A DNA stretch of 64,000 bases from Macrostomum lignano. Taxonomy: Eukaryota. The notes under the pieces were generated by a model. That model saw only the letters and a list, made by a program, of their open reading frames with translations, ran no database searches and was not told the origin of the DNA. The stretch is taken from the NCBI GenBank assembly GCA_002269645.1, contig NIVC01000658.1, forward strand, positions 426,309 through 490,308, given 5' to 3'. The translations under genes and the position numbers were made by a program. Position 1 is the stretch's first letter. Each line of letters begins with the position of its first letter. Below, piece after piece: positions 1-11,634 of the stretch.

Positions 1-3000
1 AACATTGTCTATTCGCTCGGCCAGCAGCTCCGCGGCATTTCATCAGGGACCGACAGACCCGGTGGAGCTGAGGCGGATCAATTTCCAGACGCCAGGTGAG
101 GCTGGGAATGATTCAAGTGGGAATGATTGAGGTGGGGAATGATTCAGGTTGGGGAATGATTCAGGTGGGGAATGATTCAGGTGGGGAATGATTAAGGTGG
201 GGAATGATTCAGGTGGGGAATGATTCGGGTGGGGAATGATTCAGGTAGGGAATGATTCAGGTGTCGAATAATTCAGGTGTCGAATGATTCAGATTGGGGA
301 TGACTCAGGTGGAAGCCATATGAAAGTATTTTCAATTACATCATACCAGATGAAACCCCGATACGCAATGATAAAATAAAGCTACCAAACTTTCAGCCCC
401 GGAAACTGAAAATCCTGGTTAGTGCCAAAACCGATTTGTTTTAATTTACCTGTTGCAAGCAAAATCTTGGCGTTTCTTGGAATATTAGCTAAGCTCCGTG
501 GTTGCAGTAAAGATGCGCGCCTTTAGAGTTTCGAAAGTGGAATGATTCTAAACTATATACTTATATGACCAAAATGCATGAAGACTGCATGAAAGTTTCA
601 TAGTGCAGCATCAAGCATTTCGGCTGCAGGTGCTAGACTGCTTTCTAAGAAAAATAAGCTGTTTTCACGAGCGGTCAGCATGCCGTGTGATTTAATTTTT
701 TATTAGTGACTCACTTCGGATGATGAACTTTTCACTGATTGGTGAATCACCTCGGAAGGTGAAATTTTCATTGATTGGTGACTCACCTTGGATGAACTTT
801 TCATTGATTGGTGACTCATCTCGGATGATGAACTTTTCATTGATTGGTGACTCATCTCGGATGATGAACTTTTTATTGATTGGTGACTCACCTTGGATGA
901 ACTTTTCATTGATTGGTGACTCATCTCGGATGATGAACTTTTCACTGATTGGTGACTCACCTCGGATGATGAACTTTTCATTGATTGGTGACTCACCTCG
1001 GATGAACTTTTCATTGATTAGTGACTCATCTCGGATGAACTTTTCACTGATTGGTGACTCACCTCGGATGATAAACTTTTCACTGATTGGTAACTCACCT
1101 TGGATGAACTTTTCATTGATTGGTGACTCATCTCGGATGATGAACTTTTCATTGATTGGTGACTCATCTTGGATGATGAACTTTTCATTGATTGGTGAAT
1201 CACCTCGGAAGGTGAAATTTTCATTGATTGGTGACTCACCTTGGATGAACTTTTCATTGATTGGTGACTCATCTCGGATGATGAACTTTTCATTGATTGG
1301 TCACTCATTTCGGATGATGAACTTTTCATTGATTGGTCACTCATTTCGGATGATGAACTTTTCATTGATTGGTGACTCACCTTGGATGATGAACTTTTCA
1401 TTGATTGGTCACTCATTTCGGATAATGAACTTTTCATTGGTTGGTGACTTATCTCGGATGATGAACTTTTCATTGATTGGTCACTCATTTCGGATGATGA
1501 ACTTTTCATTGATTGGTGACTCACCTTGGATGATGAACTTTTCATTGATTGGTCACTCATTTCGGATGATGAACTTTTCATTGATTGGTCACTCATTTCG
1601 GATGATGAACTTTTCATTGATTGGTGACTCACCTTGGATGAACTTTTCATTGATTGGTGACTCACCTCGGATGTTGAACTTTTATTTCAACACCCACAAA
1701 CTTCTATCCAGCTCTCACAGGTCACCCTCCGGTGCCAGTCGCCCAGCTGATCGACCACGTGGCCAGCCTGAAGGCCAGCGATAACCTGAAGTTCTCAGCT
1801 GAATACGAGTCCATCGACCCCGGACAGCAGTTCACCTGGGAAAACTCCAATCTAGACGTCAACAAGCCGAAGAACCGCTACGCCAACGTGATCGCCTACG
1901 ATCACTCCCGGGTGGTGCTGCAGCCGCTGGACGGCCTGCCGGGCAGTGACTACATCAACGCCAACTACATGGACGGCTACAGGCGGCAGAATGCCTACAT
2001 AGCAACCCAGGGCCCCCTGCCAGACACTATCGGAGATTTCTGGCGAATGATCTGGGAGCAGAAGACCAGCACTGTGGTGATGATGACCCGGCTGGAGGAG
2101 CGGTCGCGGGTCAAGTGCGACATGTACTGGCCTAACAAGGGCTCTGAGGTGTTCGACTACATGACAGTCAGCTTGTTGGACACCCTGGAGCTGGCTTATT
2201 ACACTATTCGCACCTTTGCTCTGCATAGAGCGGTGAGCTGCTTGAGTATCATGATACCTGTTAGACAGTTCCGTGATACCTGTTAGACAGTCCCTAAATA
2301 CCTGTTAGACGGTCCCTTGCGGCCTTTGCCCAGAGCCCTGCAATCAGTTAGCCTCAATCCGCTAGAATTTCAGCACCGCACACAATGCAGCATTGATTTC
2401 CCAGCAGCAAATCGATGGCAGAGGGAAAGAAGCGCTGCGATTTCAGTGTCAATTTAATTCTTCTCAGCAGCCGCGATGCCCGAAAGCAGGAAATCCCCCC
2501 CCCAAGAAAAATTCATTTCTCAGCAAAAGCAGACTTGCCCGCCCCGGTAATTTGAGCTGGAAAGCAGCTGCCGATCCATCCCGGATGTAGCCGGTCTGTT
2601 TGGCTACACAGCCTGGCTTCTGGAGGCTGGGAGAAGGGTGAGGGCAGGAGCAGATCCGAAATTAGGGAATTTTTCCTCCCTACGAAAGATCCCAAAAAAA
2701 CCTTTAGCTTCCTCTCGATCTTTCGTCAAGTCTAGCGTCTCATCTTCGAGAGCGCCGATCCTTCCTAGGAGAGAGAGCAGGAGACTTCTCGGAGAGGGAC
2801 TCCTCTTCAAGTCGAGGCACTCGCCCGTTGTCCCTCTGTGCCTGGACAAGAGAGGGGAGGCCAGGGGGCGGGGGTTGGAGACTTGAAACCTAAGCCAAGT
2901 CGGCCGGATAAGACAAAGAGGCTCGCAAGTTCTCAAGCAGCCAGGGTCTTCTAGGGGGCACAAAGCTCCCAAAACTGTAGGCAATTTACTAGCTAATGAC

Positions 3001-6000
3001 CGTCTAGTCCCAACTCGCGCCTGAGCTGGATGGATGATGAGGCAGGTGTGCACTGTAATTGCAGAATCCTCAGAATCCTCATCATTTAAACTACAGAATC
3101 CTCATCCCTAAACTACAGAACTGTCATTCTCAAACTACAGAACTGTCATTCTCAAACTACAGAACTGTCATTCTCAAACTACAGAACTGTCATTCTCAAA
3201 CTACAGAACTGTCATTCTCAAACTACAGAACTGTCATTCTCAAACTACAGAACTGTCATTCTCAAACTACAGAACTGTCATTCTCAAACTACAGAACTGT
3301 CATTCTCAAACTACAGAACTGTCATTCTCAAACTACAGAACTGTCATTCTCAAACTACAGAACTGTCATTCTCAAACTACAGAACTGTCATTCTCAAACT
3401 ACAGAACTGTCATTCTCAAACTACAGAACTGTCATTCTCAAACTACAGAATCCTCATCCTTAAACTACAGAATCTTCATCCTTAAACTACAGAATCCCAA
3501 GCCAAATTACTCAGCATCCTTAATCCCCCGGCTTCATCAAGTTCCTCACCTCAAACCCGCCGCAGGGCGCCACCGAGAAGCGCGAGATCCACCACTTCCA
3601 GTTCACGGCCTGGCCGGACCACGGCGTGCCCGAGCACTGCGCTCCGCTGCTCATGTTCGCCCGCCGGGTGCACGCCTCCAACCCGCCCGACGCCGGGCCC
3701 ATTGTGGCTCACTGCAGCGCCGGCGTCGGCCGCACTGGGGCCTTCATCGTCATCGATGCGATGCTCGAACGGATGAAGCAGGAGAAGACGCTGGACGTGT
3801 ACGGTCACGTGACCTGCCTTCGGGCGCAGCGGAACTACATGGTGCAGACTGAGGACCAGTACATCTTCATTCACGACTGTCTGTTAGAGGCGGTCATTTG
3901 CGGCAATACCGAGGTGAGAAATTAGATTAAACTATGCTACTTATGTTTTCATGTATCAGTAGTCATGAAAAACTGTATAAAACACAACGTCCTAAAAACT
4001 TGTAACCAAAATTCCAACTCGAAAATACTAACTGGACGGCATAAAAAACACAAACTGGACCGCATCAAAAAACACAAACTGGACCGCATCAAAACACACA
4101 AACTGGACCGCATCAAAACATAAAAAACTGGACCGCATCAAAATACACAAACTGGACCGAATCAAAACATAAAAAACTGGACCGCATCAAAGCACACAAA
4201 CTGGACCGCATCAAAAAACACAAACTGGACCGCATCAAAACACACAAACTGGACCGCATCAAAAAACACAAACTGGACCGCATCAAAGCACACAAACTGG
4301 ACCGCATCAAAAAACACAAACTGGACCGCATCAAAACACACAAACTGGACCGCATCAAAAAACACAAACTGGACCGCATCAAAACACACAAACTGGACCG
4401 CATCAAAACACACAAACTGGACCGCATCAAAACACACAAACTGAACCGCATCAAAATGCACAAACTGGACCGCATCAAAAAACACAAACTGGACCGCATC
4501 AAAGCACACAAACTGGACCGCATCAAAAGACACAAACTGGACCGCATCAAAATGCACAAACTGGACCGCATCAAAACACACAAACTGGACCGCATCAAAA
4601 AACACAAACTGGACCGCATCAAAAAACACAAACTGGACCGCATCAAAATGCACAAACTGGACCGCATCAAAACACACAAACTGGACCGCATCAAAACATA
4701 AAAAACTGGACCGCATCAAAATACACAAACTGGACCGAATCAAAACATAAAAAACTGGACCGCATCAAAGCACACAAACTGGACCGCATCAAAAACACAA
4801 ACTGGACCGCATCAAAAAACACAAACTGGACCGCATCAAAACACACAAACTGGACCGCATCAAAACACACAAACTGGACCGCATCAAAACATAAAAAACT
4901 GGACCGCATCAAAATACACAAACTGGACCGAATCAAAACATAAAAAAACTGGACCGCATCAAAGCACACAAACTGGACCGCATCAAAAACACAAACTGGA
5001 CCGCATCAAAAAACACAAACTGGACCGCATCAAAACACACAAACTGGACCGCATCAAAACACACAAACTGGACCGAATCAAAACATAAAAAACTGGACCG
5101 CATCAAAACACACAAACTGGACCGCATCAAAAAACACAAACTGGACCGCATCAAAACACACAAACTGGACCGCATCAAAAAACACAAACTGGACCGCATC
5201 AAAAAAAACAAACTGGACCGCATCAAAACACACAAACTGGACCGCATCAAAACACACAAACTGGACCGCATCAAAAAACACAAACTGGACCGCATCAAAA
5301 AACACAAACTGGACCGCATCAAAAAACACAAACTGGACCGCATCAAAACACACTAACTGGACCGCATAAAAACACAAACTGGACCGCATCAAAAAACACA
5401 AACTGGACCGCATCAAAACACAAACTGGACCGCATCAAAAAACTCAAACTGGACCGCATCAAAATGCACAAACTGGACCGCATCAAAAAAGACAAACTGG
5501 ACCGCATCAAAAAACACAAACTGGACCGCATCAAAATGCACAAACTGGACCGCATCAAAAAACACAAACTGGACCGCATTAAAAAACACAAACTGGACCG
5601 CATCAAAATGCACAAACTGGACCGCATCAAAATGCACAAACTGGACCGCATCAAGACACACAAACTGGACCGCATCAAAATGCACAAACTGGACCGCATC
5701 AAAATGCACAAACTGGACCGCATCAAAATGCACAAACTGGACCGCATCAAAATGCACAAACTGGACCGCATCAAAATGCAGCAGCTCCCCAACCTCTCCC
5801 AACAGGTGCCGGCCCGAGCCCTCGCCGCCCAGGTGCAGCGGCTGAGCATCCCGGAGCCCGCAGCCGGAGGCGCCACCGGCATGGAGCTGGAGTTCCGCAG
5901 CCTGGCGCACACGGTCAAGCCGACCCCGGCGCACAAGTTCACCAGCGCCAGCCTGCCAGCCAACAAGCTGAAGAATCGCCTGGTCAACATTCTGCCATTC

Positions 6001-7866
6001 GAATCCAATCGAGTCTGCCTGCAGCCGATACGCGGCGTCGAAGGCTCTGACTACATCAACGCCTCCTGGATCGACGGCTACAGACAGCGGTCCTGCTACA
6101 TCGCCACCCAGGGACCGCTGCCGGACACCGCCGAGGACTTCTGGCGCATGCTGTGGGAGCACAACTCCACCATTGTGGTGAACCTCACCAAGCTGCGTGA
6201 GCAAGGTCGGGATAAGTGTCACCAGTATTGGCCTGGGGAGCGGTCAGCCCGCTACCAGTACTTTGTGGTTGACCCCATGGCCGAGTACAACATGCCCAAC
6301 TATATTCTTCGAGAGTTCAAGGTCACCGACGCCAGGGACGGCCAGTCCAGAACGGTGCGCCAGTTCCACTGCACCGACTGGCCAGAGCAGGGCGTGCCAA
6401 AGTCCGGGGAAGGCTTCATCGAATTCATCGGCCAGGTGCACAAGACCAAGGAGCAGTTTGGGCAGGATGGGCCGATCACAGTGCACTGCAGGTGAGCTTT
6501 GCGTGCTCTGCTCAGCTTTGTTAGCAAAATTCATTACTCAGTCATCAGCCATTGCAGATTCATCCCCCAGGCACCAAAAATTCGTCCCTCAGTCATTAAA
6601 GATTCAGTCATTTGATGTTTGTCCCTCAGTCCTTGAAGATTCAGTCATTTGAGGTTTGTCCCTCAGTCATTGAAGATTCAGTCATTTGAGGTTTGTCCCT
6701 CAGTCCTTGAAGATTCAGTCATTTGATGTTTGTCCCTCAGTCATTGAAGATTCAGTCATTTGAGGTTTGTCCCTCAGTCATGAAAGATTCAGTCATTTGA
6801 GGTTTGTCCCTCAGTCATGAAAGATTCAGTCATTTGAGGTTTGTCCCTCAGTCATGGAAGATTCAGTCATTTGAGGTTTGTCCCTCAGTCATGGAAGATT
6901 CAGTCATTTGAGGTTTGTCCCTCAGTCATGAAAGATTCAGTCATTTGAGGTTTGTCCCTCAGTCCTTGAAGATTCAGTCATTTGAGGTTTGTCCCTCAGT
7001 CATGGAAGATTCACTCATTTGAGGTTTGTCCCTCAGTCATGGAAGATTCACTCATTTGAGATTTGTCCCTCAGTCATGGAAGATTCAGTCATTTGAGGTT
7101 TGTCCCTCAGTCATGGAAGATTCAGTCATTTGAGGTTTGTCCCTCAGTCATGGAAGATTCACTCATTTGAGATTTGTCCCTCAGTCATGGAAGATTCAGT
7201 CATTTGAGGTTTGTCCCTCAGTCATGGAAGATTCACTCATTTGAGGTTTGTCCCTCAGTCATGGAAGATTCAGTCATTTGAGGTTTGTCCCTCAGTCATG
7301 GAAGATTCAGTCATTTGAGGTTTGTCCCTCAGTCATGGAAGATTCAGTCATTTGATGTTTGTCCCTCAGTCATTGAAGATTCAGTCATTTGAGGTTTGTC
7401 CCTCAGTCCTTGAAGATCCACTCATTTGAGGTTTGTCCCTCAGTCATGGAAGATTCAGTCATTTGAGGTTTGTCCCTCAGTCATGGTAGATTCAGTCATT
7501 TGATGTTTGTCCCTCAGTCATTGAAAATTCAGTCATTTGAGGTTTGTCCCTCAGTCATTGAAGATTCATCAAATATTCGTCCCTCAGTCATCAAAGATTC
7601 ATCCCCTGGTCATCAAAAATTCGGTCCCTCAGTCGTTCAAGATTTGACCCTCCACCCGCAGCGCTGGCGTGGGCCGCACAGGTGTCTTTCTGGCCCTATC
7701 CGTGGTCCTGGAACGAATGCGCTACGAAGGCGTGGTAGACATGTACCAGACTGTGAGGACACTGCGAACACAGCGCTCAGCAATGGTGCAAACTGATGAG
7801 CAATACCAATTCTGCTATGGAGCAGCCTTGGAGTACCTGTCCTCATTTGATCACTATGCTACCTGA
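1..7866 (+). CDS. Lar: LAR-family (type IIa) receptor protein tyrosine phosphatase, 3' part with tandem D1 and D2 domains. Exons <1-95, 1712-2232, 3566-3913, 5806-6491, 7662-7866
   Basis: Juxtamembrane [15 protein letters not shown]; D1 motifs [16 protein letters not shown] and [10 protein letters not shown]; D2 motifs KNRL, WPEQGVP and [10 protein letters not shown]; C-terminus [10 protein letters not shown]. All four introns are GT-AG and their phases (1,0,0,2) join in frame. The 5' part lies before the window. Confidence 0.97.
104..312 (+). repeat. 16-bp minisatellite (GGGGAATGATTCAGGT), ~13 copies, LAR intron
   Basis: Visible tandem repeat directly after the donor at 96. Confidence 0.9.
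705..1680 (+). repeat. 33/36-bp minisatellite (TTGGTGACTCATCTCGGATGATGAACTTTTCATTGA), LAR intron
   Basis: Visible tandem repeat; source of ORFs 720..1784, 703..1014 and 1018..1665. Confidence 0.95.
3108..3492 (+). repeat. 22-bp minisatellite (CTACAGAACTGTCATTCTCAAA), LAR intron
   Basis: Near-perfect tandem repeat ending ~70 nt before the acceptor at 3565. Confidence 0.95.
4030..5780 (+). repeat. ~24-bp minisatellite (CTGGACCGCATCAAAACACACAAA), ~70 copies, LAR intron
   Basis: Visible tandem repeat ending ~25 nt before the acceptor at 5805. Confidence 0.97.
6585..7635 (+). repeat. 37-bp minisatellite (GTCCCTCAGTCATGGAAGATTCAGTCATTTGAGGTTT), LAR intron
   Basis: Visible tandem repeat filling most of intron 6492-7661. 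Confidence 0.96.
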
Positions 7867-8884
7867 GCAGAAACCTATCGTTTAAACAACAAGAAACCGG
7901 CGATGTTTTTGCGATAAGGAAGAGAGTTTTGATAACAGTGAATCAAAACTTTGATTTCAGATTATTTTCCAATATATTATATATTAATTCCAATCAGTGT
8001 TTATCTATATAAAATGTCTATGGTCAAAACTGCTAGACAATAGTAACATAGCTAGTTTATTTATCTGATACTTTAGTAAGCTTTTAGCTAAAAAAATTAG
8101 CCATAGTTGTTAGTGCAGCACAATCGGTAGCATGTACATTGCACAACTTAGTCTAAACTGTATTTATACTCTGTAGGTGCATAACAGCTTACTCAAACAT
8201 TCTGCCTGATCAATTGAATATTCGCGGACACAACAAAATTACCTATTAATATTCTTCAGCATCCATTGTTTCATTTTTACACTACCGATAAATCCGCCTT
8301 TTGAAGGCCTACGGTACCAATACTACTGAAGCTTGAGTAGTATAGTTTAGCTTGCAGAAACTTGAATGCCGTACCCAGTTTCCACTCCTATTTTTGTGTT
8401 TTGTCAGCCGCCATGCATTTTTGTTTTGGGTTCTCAGCCGTTATTGTTTTTGCTTATCACTTTTAGATACCGTAAATACTCCATTTGCGCCGCTGATCTT
8501 GTTAAACCAAGTTATATTAAAACAAATGCTATATTGCTTTGCATATATTGATATTTCTGAGTAGGTTATCGATATAGCTTTTTGATTAATCAAGCTTTAT
8601 TACCTGTACACAGAAACTGATGCTGTCATTAAGTACGCCGCTAATTAATTTTATTTACTAATCAGTCCATTTTCCACCGCTAAAAGTGCATAAGCTAAAA
8701 GTGTGCAACCTTCGACTGTACAAAATATATTAACGTCGTTTGAATCCGTTCTTCTGTCAGTTGCAATCATCGTTTAATTAAAACAAATAATAGAATATTA
8801 ATAATTCGTAACGTTTAGCTGTGCTTTTTGACAGATTTTTCTATTTAAACGAAATTCTCTAGCACAGATCTATCGTTACTTCTC

Positions 8885-9285
8885 CAGCACAGTTTGAGAG
8901 ATACTCTAGCACAGTTTGAGAGATTCTCCAGCACAGTTTGAGAGATACTCTAGCACAGTTTGAGAGATACCCTAGCGCAGTTTGAGAGATACTCTAGCAC
9001 AGTTTGAGAGATACTCTAGCACAGTTTGAGAGATACTCTAGCACCGTTTGAGAGATACCCTAGCGCAGTTTGAGAGATACTCTAGCACAGTTTGAGAGAT
9101 ACTCTAGCACAGTTTGAGAGATACTCTAGCGCAGTTAGAGAGATACTCTAGCACAGTTTGAGAGATCTCTAGCACAGTTTGAGAGATACTCTAGCACAGT
9201 TTGAGAGATACTCTAGCGCAGTTTGAGAGATACTCTAGCACAGTTTGAGAGATACTCTAGCACAGTTTGAGAGATACTCTAGCAC
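8885..9285 (+). repeat. 22-bp minisatellite (GAGAGATACTCTAGCACAGTTT), intergenic
   Basis: Visible tandem repeat between LAR and the kinesin gene. Confidence 0.95.
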
Positions 9286-9710
9286 TCTTTCTTCCCAGCC
9301 ATCGGGGTTGCTGCATATTTCCATCTAAAAATAGCAACATGCAAGACTTTTCAATTGCTTGTCAGTCCAAGTGTCGCGCCAGCCTGCCAGGTCATGGTTC
9401 TTTAAAGTCTGCCTGGACAAGCCAAGGACATAGGAGAAGGACATAGACATGCTTCGGCTGTAGTGCAGAGTTTTTGGCGCCGCTTGCATCTCAGATGAAG
9501 CACATAAATCAGAACTAATTTAGACAGACTCTTATTGGCGATTTAGCTGCCTTATTAAAATTACCAGAATCCCAATACGTGAGGATTCCAACGCATTGTA
9601 AGTTAGACCCACACCTTCGGATTCAATAAGGACATTATTTTTAACTTATTTCAATAATAATTTATTCGCTTAGGGATATTAAGTTAGTGAATTTCATACT
9701 TTACTAAGCA

Positions 9711-11535
9711 ATGCTGAGCACATGCCGGATGGAGCAGAAGAGCCAAGGCTATCCGATGTCGGCTGTCGGAGCAGCTGGCGGCACAAGCAGCAGCAGCAGC
9801 AGCGACACCGGCAAACCAGCGCCCGGCGGCGGCAGGGGTCAGCCAGGCGGCAATCGTCGAGGCCGCAGCGGCGACCGACACCTCGACCGCGGTGATCGCG
9901 GCGGCGGTGGCGGTAGCGGCGGCGGCGGCGGCGGCGGCAGCGGAGTCAAACGACGTCGTTGGCGAAGCGCCAAATCGGCGCTGCTGACGGCGCCAAGCGC
10001 CATTGGAGAATTGACTGGGGACTCTTCATGGCCGGCGGCTGACACCGCGGCAGCCTCGCTAGTGGTCAGCGGCGATGCGTGCAGCGGGAGCAGGTAGACT
10101 GATGGATGGGTCCTCGTGTTTGACCGGTTCTACCCTCAGATACCCTCAGATACCCTCAGATACCCTCAGATACCCTCAGATACCCTCAGATACCCTCAGA
10201 TACCCTCAGATACCCTCAGATACCCTCAGATACACTCAGATTACCCTCAGATACCCTCAGATACCCTCAGATACCCTCAGATACCCTCAGATACCCTCAG
10301 ATACCCTCAGAACCTTCAGATACCCTCAGATACCCTCAGATACACTCAGATACCCTTAGATACCCTCAGATACCTTCAGATACCCTCAGATACCCTCAGA
10401 ACCTTCAGATACCCTCAGATACCCTCAGATACCCTTAGATACCCTTAGATACCCTCAGATACCTTCAGATACCCTCAGATACCCTCAGATACCCTCAGAA
10501 CCTTCAGATACCCTCAGATACCCTCAGATACCCTTAGATACCCTCAGATACCTTCAGATACCCTCAGATGCTGCAGTGAGCTGCTGCTAACTACCCTCAG
10601 ATGCTGCAGTGAGCTGCTGCTAGCTGCCCTCAGATGCTGCAGTGAGCTGCTGCTAGCTGCCCTCAGATGCTGCAGTGAGCTGCTAGCTGCCCTCAGATGC
10701 TGCAGTGAGCTGCTGCTAACTACCCTCAGATGCTGCAGTGAGCTGCTGCTAGCTGCCCTCAGATGCTGCAGTGAGCTGCTGCTAGCTGCCCTCAGATGCT
10801 GCAGTGAGCTGCTAGCTGCCCTCAGATGCTGCAGTGAGCTGCTGCTAACTACCCTCAGATGCTGCAGTGAGCTGCTGCTAGCTGCCCTCAGATGCTGCAG
10901 TGAGCTGCTAGCTACCCTCAGATGCTGCAGTGAGCTGCTGCTAACTACCCTCAGATGCTGCAGTGAGCTGCTGCTAGCTACCCTCAGATGCTGCAGTGAG
11001 CTTGCTGCTAGCTACCCTCAGATGCTGCAGTGAGCTGCTGCTTGCTACCCTCAGATGCTTCACAAATGCACAAACATTCGGGCAGCTCAAACTGAGTAGC
11101 GCATCGATAACGCATCCGACTCTTTCGTCAAAGTCCGTAGGTCTGATTTCGTTTATAGGGCCAACTCACGTGACACAGCGTATGTACACTGCCGGAAAAT
11201 GAGAAGTCAGGGCTGCTGTAGGCCCCTGTATCCTGTTGCCCAAAAATGAATTTAATTTAAATTAACTCTCTCGTCTTTGTCAGGTACTCGCCGTTCCCCC
11301 AGCGCGCCTTCCTAGCTGACAAGGACTGGCAGCAGCTGTCTGCTAGGCGCGACAACGGCAAGCTGGCCAAATGCCGACTGTCAAACGACAAGTACAGCCG
11401 CATGTTGTACAGCTATCACAGACTGTACCAAGAGTACCAGTACATCTGCGCCTGTCTGCTGCCCCAGTCTGCTAAGCAACAGCAGATTGAACAGTTCGAA
11501 ACTGTCGGAGAGTCGCACAATAATTCCGACAAGAT

Positions 11536-11634
<99 letters not shown>

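Noticed and set aside
720-1784. 354-aa ORF and its antisense ORFs
   Set aside because: Translations of the 33/36-bp intronic repeat; only the last ~70 nt overlap a real exon, in another frame.
4113-5805. Repetitive ORFs, including the KHKLDRIK extension in frame with the LAR D2 exon
   Set aside because: Repeat artefacts. Retaining the intron hits TAG three codons after the donor at 3914, so the extension cannot be reached.
5806-7866. LAR D2 with KNRL and WPE instead of KNRY and WPD
   Set aside because: These are the standard LAR-family D2 substitutions, not a novelty.
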